In this document: piece by piece, positions 52,939 through 64,000 of the stretch | Numbering within the stretch: the first letter of the stretch is position 1 | Layout of the letters: each line of letters starts with the position of its first letter | NCBI RefSeq assembly: GCF_006345805.1 | Contig: NC_043012.1 | Coordinates: forward strand, 5,642,001-5,706,000 | Length of the DNA stretch: 64,000 nt | Direction: 5' to 3' | From: Octopus sinensis | Taxonomy: Eukaryota | Translations under genes and position numbers: made by a program | The notes under the pieces: generated by a model | What the model was told of the DNA's origin: nothing | Seen by the model: only the letters and a program-made list of their open reading frames with translations | Databases searched by the model: none

Positions 52939-53319
52939 ATGTTATGGCGAAATGGTTATGAATGGTGAATAAGGTGGATTTCGTGGAGGTGAAGGCTGGA
53001 TGCAGACAAACTAGCAGGGAGGGCGGAATTACAGGTGTGTGTGGAATTTATGGAGAAGTAGTAAAAGATGGTGTGGTGCTACCTCAAGGTTCAGCCCTTA
53101 CTGTTGTGTTGTGGCATGTGTGCCTCAAAGATCCTGAAATTATGTCAGTGGAGTGCAAATTTCTAGAAGGAACTCTCATGCTCAGGGATAGAGATCAGAT
53201 TAAAATGGACGACCCCTTCCCAGAGGTAAAAATAGGTTTGCACAGAGCCAGCATCTCCACCTAGAAAAAAATAAAGTTATAGAAGCATTGTTGACAATTC
53301 AAAAGAACTCCGACGTCGT

Positions 53320-53725
53320 CTGGCAGCTGACTTGGCAGACACCCATAAAATTATCAACCATCGTACAAACAATAACTCTGAGCACCTTTTCAAACTCCAC
53401 CCATCTAACACCCGTGGACATATTTACAAAGTCAGAAAACAGCACAGCTCCCATGACTTCAGGAAACATTTTTCATGCTGAAAGTTGCTGAAGCGTGGAA
53501 CAAACTGCCGGCATCGGTTGTTAGTTGTCGGAGCACTGCATCCTTCAAGACTTCCATGCTTCCTGAGATTCGCCAACACTACAGTTGATTTTCTCTCCTC
53601 CATACACACACAAGCATGTTCACTTTCCAGACATTTCTACATTACTGCATGTACTTTATATGCACTTTCTGACAAGTTGTGGTGTACTTGAGCACTGTAT
53701 ACAATAATTTCATTATTATTATTAT
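53320..53725 (+). mobile_element. CR1-clade LINE 3' end with (ATT)n tail
   Basis: TRGHIYKVRKQHSSHDFRKH...EAWNKLPASVV..SFK, then 3'UTR and ATT repeats. Confidence 0.8.
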
Positions 53726-55059
53726 AAGAGGAAGGCCTCCCCTTGGAGAAACATAACGTGGAGCAACTAAATCTGAAAGGAAGCTGCAAGGCTGAAAAAG
53801 TGAGGCTCCAACTGGAAAGAAGCAGAAAAAACCAGCCAGAGTCGAGAACAGTGAAGAAAAGTCATTGATGGCTTATGTTCGATAAGGAATGAAGGGCTCA
53901 AGGAAGTGGTAAATAAGTTGTAAAGTGGGGTAGCTCTGGATTATACATTTCCATATGTGAGATGTGGCACCATGATTAATATGAAAATCTTAGTCAAGTA
54001 ACATACATTTCTGATGAAATACGATGAAAGTAACTTCATTGGGACTGCAGCAAATGCAATGTCTTCAAGGAGCCACAACCGAGATGTGTTTCACAAAGCC
54101 ATTCCAGGAATCTCTGTCCTGTATTAGCTTTGGTTGGTCCTCAAATGGAGGATTGAAAGAGAGTATTTTAAGATATGAATGTCTAAAAGCTCTAAAATGG
54201 AAAGAAGACATTGTACAGAAAAAATGGGAGTCACATGATGTCAGAGAAAGATCACCAGAGAAATAAAGAACTTAGAAATGATTCTACATGGCATGGAGAA
54301 ATCATTGGAAATGCTGTATACTGAAAGCGAAGAGGGATGATTAAGTTAATCATGTGCATACAGCAGAAGTAGCGGTTGGAAGTAAAAAGATTAGTAGAGG
54401 TGAGCAGAGAGAGAGTGGGAGAAGAGGTCCGGCATTTATGAAGAAAGAGGGTAGTGGAAGAAGACCGTTGAGTGCAGCTGTTTGTTCGCTCACAATTCGG
54501 CATGGCTGAAGGGACATTCCACCTGTTTTGATGACAGTGCTTTTTGGCACTGGAGGCAAACATTCACACACATGTAGAAAAGTAAACAGACAGATTGAGG
54601 GAGAGAGAGGGAAGGAATGAGGGAGTGAGAGAGAAGGAGAGAGAGGCAAAGTGTCTTATGTCAAATACACATATGGAGTGAGAGAAAGAGAGACAGAGAG
54701 GCATTATTCATACATACAAGCATAATTAGATGCTCACACTCATAAACGGAGAGAGAGAGACGGAGGAGAAAGAGGGAGGGAGAAAGAGATGAGGGTGAGA
54801 GAGAAGAAACAAGAGAAACATTAAAACGTCTTAGGTCAAATAAGCCAGCATCGAATCAGTGATGCCATACAGGTGCCACTCGAAGGGCAGCACCAAAACA
54901 GCTGTGCCAAAACGTCTCATATCCACAAGGAATGAATATCTGAAACAGCTCCAGAAAAAAAAATATGAGTGATGTTAATGATTTTAACGTGAACATTTTT
55001 GTGCAATAAACTATAATGCTATAAAATTAAATCAGTTTTTGCATTTGAGAGGGTATTTT

Positions 55060-55555
55060 TGGAATACGAAGCACATGGATATGAATTATCGAGGGAAATT
55101 TATATATCAAGCAAAGAAGAAGAAAGAGGAATGCTGCTTTATGTTAAGCAAGGTATTTCCTTTGAGTCTGTAGAATTGGAAAAACATTTCAGCAAGTATA
55201 AAAATAAAAAGCAGGAATAACGATCTGTTATTTGTGTCCATCTACAGAAACCCTATCAGTAACAATGAGAACGGCAAAAAGCTTTTGGAATTATTGCAGG
55301 AGATTGGCGAAGATAAAACAGAGAATAAAGAGGTGTTGAGGAATTTTAATTTGCTGAGCATTGATAAGGGAATCCATTATAGTGTTGTTCAAGAGAAGGT
55401 GCTCTAGAATATGAATTTAATGAGAAGTGTAAGAGATTGTTATTTCTCATATGCACATGACATAATAAGATTTAAAGGTGATTTAAAGGGAAACATGGTT
55501 GATATTGTAATTTCTGAAGATGAAGAATTTGTGAATGATGTATGTATAAAGCGAG
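55060..55555 (+). pseudogene. LINE (CR1-like) apurinic endonuclease domain remnant
   Basis: RGMLLYVKQGI...LFVSIYRNP...NFNL.SID...MVDIVIS..V pattern, with a frameshift and stops. Confidence 0.65.
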
Positions 55556-56248
55556 TTGGTTAGTTATTAAGTGACGGCCGCCGCCACTGCCACATTCGCC
55601 TCCACCACCACTACCACTGCTTTCATTATCATTATCGTTTTAACTTCCATTTCTCTATGCTTGCATGAGCTGTGTAGAGTTTATTGAGGTACATTTTCTA
55701 CAGATGGGTGCCTTTCCTCTCACCAACCTTTAACTGTTTTCAAGCAAGATGATATTTCCCCATGGCCAGACATATTTTCACAGAATATTGGAAATTGGAT
55801 ATTACACAATGTGAAGATAAGGAGATGCAAACACACACATGCACACACTCATATACGACAGGCTTCCATACAGTTTCCGTCTGCCAAATCTACTCACAAG
55901 GCATTGGTCGGTCCGGGGCTGTAGTAGACAACATTTGCTCAAGGTGCCATGCAGTGGGACTGAAACTGAAGCTATATGGTCGTAAAGCAAGCTTCTTAAC
56001 CTCATATTAATTCCAGCGCATTTTTATTCATTTGTCATTAATGCAGTCAGTCATTCACCATTCATTCATAATTCATTTAATCAGTCAGTTAGTCATTGAT
56101 CATTCATCAGTCATTGACGATTCAGTCATCAATTTAGTTTATTTATTCAAATGGCTGTTATGCTTGGTTGCTCTGGATGACTTTATGCATCAAATGTTTG
56201 GTTACCCATTAGCTATGAACAACTATATAGAGACCATAATTTATGTCG

Positions 56249-56769
56249 CATGTGACATAAGTTATCATAAGGTGGGCTGCATGAGACATGGCTTATAAGG
56301 AAGGCCAAATGAGACATGGCTTATCATAAGGTGGGCTGCATGAGACATGACTTATCATAAAGCATGCTGCATGAGACATGGCTTATCATAAGGTGAGCTG
56401 CATAACATATGACTTATCATAAGATGGACTGTACGAGACATGGTTCATCATAAAGTGGACCACATGACACATAGCTTATCATAAAGTGGGCCACATAAGA
56501 CATGACTTATCATAAAGCATGCTGCATGAGACATGGCTTATAAGGAGAGCCATATGAGACATGGCTTATCATAAGATGGACTGCATGAGACATGGTTCAT
56601 CATAAGGTGGACCACATGACACATAGCTTATCATAAGGCAGGACGCATGAGATATAGGTTATCATAAGGCAGGCAGCATGAGATATGGCCTATCATATGG
56701 CAGGCTGCATGAGACATTGCTTATCTTAGGGTGGGCCACATGAGACATGGCTTATCGTAAGGCAGGCTG
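56249..56769. repeat. 31-bp minisatellite, 17 units (CATGAGACATGGCTTATCATAAGGTGGGCTG)
   Basis: Counted unit by unit; the units are directly adjacent with no unique spacers. Confidence 0.95.
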
Positions 56770-57904
56770 CACTACTCAAAAAAATTCAATGTAACTTTCC
56801 GATTGTCATGTCATTCATAAAGTCTCATGGGCAACATACGGCTCATGGATCACAGTTTGCCTTTGACTGATCTAAGCCACAGAGAATTACCAAATGGGCA
56901 ATCTGAGTCATCATTTGAGACCTCATCCACAGGAGGAGAAACTAACGTTTTTATACAAAAGCCATGGTCATGATTCTAACGATTGATAGTAATTCAATGA
57001 CTCCTGATGACCTTAGGGTGCTGATGGTGGTGTGGAGTGTGTGGTTCATAATGTCATCGTGCTTGACATAAGTGAAAGCTGCAGTTGATCGATCGATCGA
57101 TCGATCGATGCTGATGGTGATGATGGTGATGTTGATGATGATGATAATGATGATGATAATGATAATGGTGACAATCATCATCACCACCACTACCACCACA
57201 ACCACCATCACCACCACCATCACCACCACCACCACAACCACCACCACAACCACCAGCACCACCATCATTCTTCATTCATTAAACTAGTCATTAATTCATC
57301 ATTTATTGAGGCACTTATTTATTCAGTCATTAATTTAATTATTAATTTAATCATTAATATATTTATCCTTTTATTCTTTCGGGCATTCACTCATTCATTT
57401 ATTCATTCATTCATTCATTCATTCATTCCGTCAGTCGATCAGTTGGTCATTATCTAATTAATTATTCAATTAATTCAATAATTCATTATCCGTCTCAGTC
57501 ATTCATTCGTTTGTTCTTTCTTTTCACCATTCTCTCCTTCATTTCGCACATTCAAGCGAACCTTATAGGATTCACTTTTAACATGATTCTTGATAGACTT
57601 AGTTAAAAAGTGCTGAGATAGGATCTCTTCAACAATGGAGGCTTCAAACTCAGCATTACAAGCTCAAGGAAAATACTTTAATATTTCGAAGATTTTACTG
57701 TGTTGCTGCTGTTTGCACAAGGTAATAATTGTTTACAGCTAATTGGATAAAGCCATTTGAGTTTTAAGCACTTCTGCTGTCTTGTGAGCGAGCTGCACTT
57801 GCTCATGGTTATCTATTTAACATGTGGTAGTGCTTGCTCCAGTATGGTCAGAATCAATCAGGTGGAATGAATTAAAGGAGATAATAAATAAAGGAAATTA
57901 AAAA

Positions 57905-58560
57905 ATCTTTAATAGTTCAGTTTTGCTTTTTATTTTGTTAAAGATATAGCAGAGGATTGTAATATGTGCAGTTTCTCGTAGAGACAAATACAACACTTGT
58001 GCACTTTTACTGAATGAAGAAGGGAGGCCATGTCGAGAAGTTCCAGGTTATAACCTGGAACTTCTTGACATGCCCCCCACCCCCGCCAGCATGGAATGAT
58101 ATTTACTGGTCTCAAAGCTTCCAGATAAAATGAGAGAAGTAGGTGGAGATTTTCCTGTTCAGCATTGTGTGCTACAATAGAAACAAATCATATAGCCATA
58201 AAAGTTTCATCTCAGGCACACTCTTGCAACTGCCGAAACCAATATATTTGCCCAATGAGAGGATTCTACTTTTTCAAGTCCAAGCTAGTGGTCATAAAAC
58301 AACGCTTTAGGAATTTCATGGCATTTGCAACCAAAGACTTCAAGAGAAGGTTAACTCATTATATGTGCTTGCTCAAGTCCTGAGATGGAAAAAAGTTCAC
58401 CTAAGAGTCTCATTTTATTGTGGATGGACGTCGTGGAAAGGCACATTCTCAAAAAGATTCAACCTTAGTTGTGCCACTACTGTACCTGTCTCTATTAGGA
58501 AATGCATATATTGCAATAGCAATAACCAAAAAGTGATTTGTCGTTTTCCAGCCCCATCTC
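57905..58560. mobile_element. Two divergent Penelope-like GIY-YIG C-terminal remnants
   Basis: Minus strand: KVHKCCICLYEKLHILQS. Plus strand: SCNCRNQYICPMRG...FKRR...CTCLY.EMHILQ. Confidence 0.55.
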
Positions 58561-59771
58561 TCTAATTTTAAGCCATTATATAAACTATTAGTGAAATTTA
58601 AATTTCACAGTAATTGCTAAAAAAAAAAACAAGAGGGGATTACTCCTAGCTGTTAAGTCAGAGTTACCTCCCATGCAAGCAACTATCACTAACTACCAAG
58701 ATCTTGCATGATAAGTGACCAATGAGAATGAAATTCATTTAGACAGTCAAGCACCATGGCCATCATACCACTTAGTATTAAGCATCTGAACAATCCAATG
58801 TAGTTTTTGCGTCTGTATGTCATACTTTTAATAATAATGATAACGATTATTTCCACTATAGACAAAAGGCCCGAAGTTTTTTTGGAGGGGGCGGTTAATC
58901 AATTTCATTGAACCCAGTATTTGACTGGTACTTATTTCATTGACCCCCAAAAGGATGGCAGTAAAAGTTGACCCCGATGGAATTTGAACTCAGAACGCTA
59001 AGAGTCAGGAGAAACACTGCTCAGCATTTTGCCCAATGCGCAACTGATTTTGAACAACAATAATAATTATGATGCTAATGATAATGATGTTGATGATGAT
59101 GATGATGATGATGATGGTTGTGATGGTGATGTGTGTGTGCGCGTGTGTTTGTGTGTGTGTATAGCCTCATTTGTAATGGAGTTTTTCTGCATATTTAACC
59201 AAAATAAAATAACCAAACCTGTTAAACAAGCAATGATCTACGTAGTTTCTTGATTTGTGAAGAATAGCAGCCAAATCATACTCTAAACGCTAATTGCAAC
59301 CTATTGCATTTGAAATGTTGACACTGGATTATGTTGCCCAAAATTCAGTGTAAAAGAAAAAGGATTTAACATGTTCAGAACATCTTCGATGCAAGATCAG
59401 AATTAGGGCTTGCCTGGGTCTTAACATCAGCCAGCTTGAAGTTGAGCTGTTGATACTTGCTAGCTTGCCTTTTTAATGTTACTTGTTTTAGTCACTGGAG
59501 TGCAGCCATGCTGGAGCACTACCTTGAAATCGATGAAATCGACTCCGGTACTTACTCTTTTATACTATTATTTGTTTCAGGCATTAGACTGTGGCCATGC
59601 TAAAAAAAATATATATATCAAGCAAAGAAGAAGGAATTTTAGTCGAATTAAACGACCCCAGTACTTATTCTATCAATCTGTTATGCTGAACCACTAAGTT
59701 GCGGGGACATAAACATACCATCATCGGTTGTCCATTGGTAGTAGGGAACAAACACAGACACACTCACTCAT

Positions 59772-60095
59772 CATCATCATCATCATCATCGTTTAGCGTC
59801 CGTTTTCCATGCTAGCATGGGTTGGACGGTTCTACTGGGGTCTGTGAAGCCAGAAGGCTTCATCAGGCCCAGTCAAATCTGGCAGTGTTTCTACGGCTGG
59901 ATGCCCTTCCTAACGCCAACCACTCCGTGAGTGTAGTGGTGCTTTTTACGTGCCACCCGCACAGGTGCCAGACAGAGCTGGCAAACAGCCACGAACGGAT
60001 GGTGCTTTTTACGTGCCACCGGCACAAGGCCAGTCGGGGCGGCGCTGGCAACGGTCGCAAAACGGAAGGTTCTCTTACATGCCACCGGCACTGGT
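59772..60095 (-). mobile_element. Family E RTE-tail/VNTR element
   Basis: (CAT)nCGTTTAGCGTCCGTTTTCCATG...GGATGCCCTTCCTAACGCCAACC plus repeat units. Confidence 0.8.
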
Positions 60096-61879
60096 AACAC
60101 ATCTGCAATTTCCATTGATTGATTTCGATTCTGATCCTCACTTGCCTCAACAGGTCTTCACAAGTAGAGTTTTGTGTCCCAGGTCTTCACAAGTAGAGTT
60201 TTGTATTATTATTATTATAATAATGATAATAATAATAATAATAATGATAATAATAATAATAATGATAATAATAATAATAATAATTATTATTATTATTATT
60301 ATTATTGAGTGAGAGAGCAGTGCATGCCATCAAAGTGACACTGGGGTTAAATATATGAAGCCCAGTATACCCATCATGACTACCCGTCTAATAAGGGTAC
60401 ACCAGACACATGCATCACAACCATATGTGCGCGACATGGTGATATATCAAGATAAACAGCGCATGACCTTGCAGGTGGGGCCCAGTTAGAATTTTCTTCT
60501 GGTCGAGTAGCCCATTCTGCTCAAATATATATCACTCACATATATATATATATATGATAGGTTTCTTTCAGTTTCCATCTACCAAATCCACTCACAAGGC
60601 CTTGGTTGGCTCGAGGCTATAGTAGAAGACACTTGCCCAAGGTGCCACACAGTGAGTCTGAACCTGGAACCATATTGTTGGGAAGCAAATACCTTACCAC
60701 ACAGCCATGCATGTGCCTTATGTTTTTTTAAGTCTGGTATTTGTCACATCGCTAAGTTATGTGGACGTAAACAAACCAGCACCGGTTATGAAGCAGTGCG
60801 CGCGTGTGTGTGTGGTGGCAACAGACACAAGCAGAAAGGCACCCACACCCACACTGAGGGGTATGTGTACCTAAATCCGTATAGAAAAATATGCAGTCTC
60901 ACAGCACAATGATGTAAACACAAGCAACAGTCAGTGCATTCCGGGTAGTTGCATATTGTGGATGGTCACTGGGGTGTGTTTTTGTGGTACAAGCAGAATC
61001 TTCAACGGATCACCAACCCGTGTTATCACAGAGCAATCCATGACAAGCATAACAAGGTTCATAGCTGAGCGTACTGAGGAATTCCAACCATGTTTTGTGG
61101 TTTGCTACCTCAACAGCTCCTTTTTAGGATCCAGTGGCTAAAAGACATCATCAGGAGGAACCACATCCAGTTCGACCTCTACTCCTCTACCATTCTTGAC
61201 ATGGCGGAGCCCCCCACCTTTCGGAGGTGTCTTTGGGTCTGGTGTTGAGTATATTTTTCTCTTTCTCCTTTTTTCTTTGGCCTTTTGTTCTTTCTTCAAA
61301 GCAATATCAATGAATGTCAGTGGGCAAATAACCATTCTGCCAAATTGTGCTTTAAATACTCGCTGATAGGCTCCAGCAGTTAGCACCAGCTAGATGTCAC
61401 ATGATACTATCTAAGCTTCAACTGATCAATGGGTCAGTGCTGAATGAACCACTGATAAACGAAGGTTACATGAACCAAACAAATACTAGGGTCAAGTTAA
61501 TTGATCCTAGTACTTAATCCCCAAAACTTGCAGTTTCGTGCCAGTGTTAGAAATTGTATTATGTATGCTAACACTACTTAAACTTTTGTTACTTGGGTGT
61601 TGTTGACGAGTGAAAGAAAAACTTTGCAGAATGAACCATAACTTGAGAACGTTAATTGTGAGCTGGTTTATGTGTTCTGTGATAGGTGTGGTGGTAGGAG
61701 TGAGCTGTGTGTTGTTTGGGTGGTGAGGTTGTGAGCAGTGACTGGATGCGTTATTAGTTTTGGGTGTGTATTCGTCATTTGCCTTGTATTATATAACTTG
61801 TGTGTGTATGTAAAATACATATGTATGCGGTTGTATTATATTCTCTTGTTTGTTTCAATCATTTGACTGTGGCTAGAAT

Positions 61880-62175
61880 ATATATATTCTTTCAGACGCA
61901 TACACATGTATTTGCATATACACACCAGAATACACACACATACATACGTATATAATTGTGTAAACACACACATGCGTGTGTGTGTGTGTGTATTCAAGTG
62001 TATTAATGCAAATACATGTGTATGTGTTTACACAAATGTGTATGTATGTATCTATGTATATGCATATATATGTATATACATACATATATATATATATATA
62101 CATACATATATATGTATATACACACATCCACATATATATATATATATACATGTATGTGGATATATGAGCATGTGC

Positions 62176-62206
<31 letters not shown>

Positions 62207-62350
62207 ATATATATATATGTATATATATATATAATGATATATATATAATGTATATATGTGTTTATACATACATACATGCATGCACACACACATGCATGCA
62301 CACACACGCACGCACGTACACGCGCACACACACTCAACTGTATAAACATA
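61880..62350. repeat. Compound TA/CA/TG microsatellite
   Basis: Direct reading. Confidence 0.93.
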
Positions 62351-63149
62351 TATAGTGATTGTGACTGGTTGGTCATGTATAGAGTTAATGTTCTGTCATT
62401 GTTGTTGATGGTTTGTTATTTCGTTTGATTACACAGGAGTATTTTGATAAGTAATTAACAAATAGGTGATTATTCTCTGCCATTTATCCAGAAGATTGTT
62501 TTGGCGTTCTTTATTCAAGAGTTAAAAATCTCTCTATTGCATGTATGTATGTCTGTGTGCCTGTGCGTGTGTGTGTGTGTGTGTGAAAAAGCAGGTTTCT
62601 GTTGTTCCATCTGTGGGCACATGGTTAATTATCTCGAGGTGGATGTAGATGTCTGGTCTATTAAGTAATTGTCTTCATTTTCCACATTAATGAAAGTATC
62701 CGGCTTCGTCTGTTAACATATTTTCATGCTAACTAAACTGGAGACACCTTAAGCATTTGTCTAGTCGGTGGTTGTATATCGTCTGATCATTTACATTATT
62801 TGTAAAAAAAATTAAATAATTATAAATCCTTGAAGAAAGTCAGTCTTCTGCAGTAATTTAGGTTCCTTTCTCAAAATCTGATCTCAATGCCTCATGGTGA
62901 CGAGACTGTGGTTGTGCTTTCAATGCAACATCAATGCACAGCTAGGCACACACACCAGGGTGTACACCCTTAGCTAGGAAGGTGCCATACTGAAGTAAAT
63001 ACGTTGGTATTTTTGGCTGGTTATAAGCTGAAATGTGGCCGAATGTATCACCCAACACTGAGATGGAATTGTTAACACTGTTTCTGGTCTGGTTAAGATG
63101 TGATTCAAGGCTACATAAGAATAAACAGCAATCCGTTTCATCCTACATA

Positions 63150-64000
63150 TAGGCACAGCAGATAACAGTCCTGGGATCATAGTGAGTGGGTTACTGCCAA
63201 ATAAGTCAGAATCCATCTTAAAAGATTCACTCAGTTGGTATTTTGCATTTTTTTCTTGCTGACTTTTTCCCCACAAAAGTCCAATGGTGGTGGGATAAGG
63301 AGGGAGAAGCAAGTTTTGATGAAACTAGTAGCTTCCTGTCCAGACCAGTACGTTAGAGGTGAATACGTGAAGGCCACTTTTCTAAAACCTTTGACTACTC
63401 AGAAATCTGACCTGGCATCTGTGTCTGGGTAGATTTACTTAGGATCATCTCTGCTCACCCTGAATGGAGAAGACTCTAGAAATTTCGGAGTTAACACTGG
63501 AGGTCTTTTCACCCTGTCCTGACTCCACTCATAAAAACTGGCCAACACCACTTGGTCACCTAACGACAGTATGAAGACAACAATGCTTCACCAGTTCATG
63601 CATAAGAGGAAATATAACAGCAGCCAATTAATAACTTAGAGAAGGCATGTGATGGCTTTGGTTTGACTATCACCTCTAGAAAACCAAAGTGCTCGCACAG
63701 ACTACGACAGGGACAAACTTTCTAAATTTCAAAATTAATATCTTGAAAACCCCTCTGGAACAAATAGACCATTTCCTTTACTTTGGAAGTCTCCTTTCAA
63801 TGAAATGCAATTCCGAGAAGGATGTCAAAAACTGGATTTGTACAGGTTGCTTTTCAAGGACTATCCTCTCACATCTTCAGAAACAAAAAATTTATCAAAT
63901 TCAAGGTGTTGTTTCAACCTTATTCTATGGATGCAAAATATGAACACCATACCACCAAGACATCAAGAAAACTTTGAGTGCCTTTACTCAAAGAAGCTCT
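63150..64000 (+). pseudogene. RTE-clade LINE reverse transcriptase remnant (runs off the window end)
   Basis: ..ACDGFGLTI...KTKVLAQ...PLEQIDHFLYFGSLLSMKCNSEKDV...LFYGC..W. Confidence 0.8.

Noticed and set aside
56249-56769. Possible CRISPR array
   Set aside because: The units are contiguous with no unique spacers, there are no cas genes and the context is eukaryotic.
57086-57109. (GATC)n self-complementary microsatellite
   Set aside because: It is unusual but short, and best explained as slippage next to (GAT)n repeats.
60305-60520. Possible Dong/R4-type LINE 3' end next to a (TAA)n tract
   Set aside because: There is no coding remnant or second copy in the window to support the assignment.

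Overview
This is eukaryotic, AT-rich and extremely repeat-dense DNA. It is most consistent with an octopus/coleoid cephalopod intron or intergenic region; that assignment is inferred from the tRNA-SINE families and not verified by search. I found no intact protein-coding gene. Almost all listed ORFs are translated microsatellites or SINE read-throughs. The window holds: (i) dozens of copies of at least four tRNA-derived SINE families and an RTE-tail element with an internal VNTR; (ii) decayed LINE pieces (RTE, CR1, Penelope-like); (iii) DNA transposon fossils, namely a full-length MULE with TIRs/TSD (17989-20662), a full-length mariner (36104-37428) nested in a Tigger-like MITE, a second mariner remnant, two hAT transposase remnants and several hAT and Tc1/mariner MITEs with clear TSDs; (iv) a Gypsy integrase/PPT/LTR remnant; (v) many compound microsatellites and a 31-bp minisatellite. 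The most interesting signals are four minimal hammerhead-ribozyme-like motifs with different but pairing stems, several local templated or fold-back rearrangements, and a possible CpG-retaining promoter/first exon near 40.6 kb. I cannot claim a genuinely new biological system from sequence alone. Coordinates of decayed elements are approximate.
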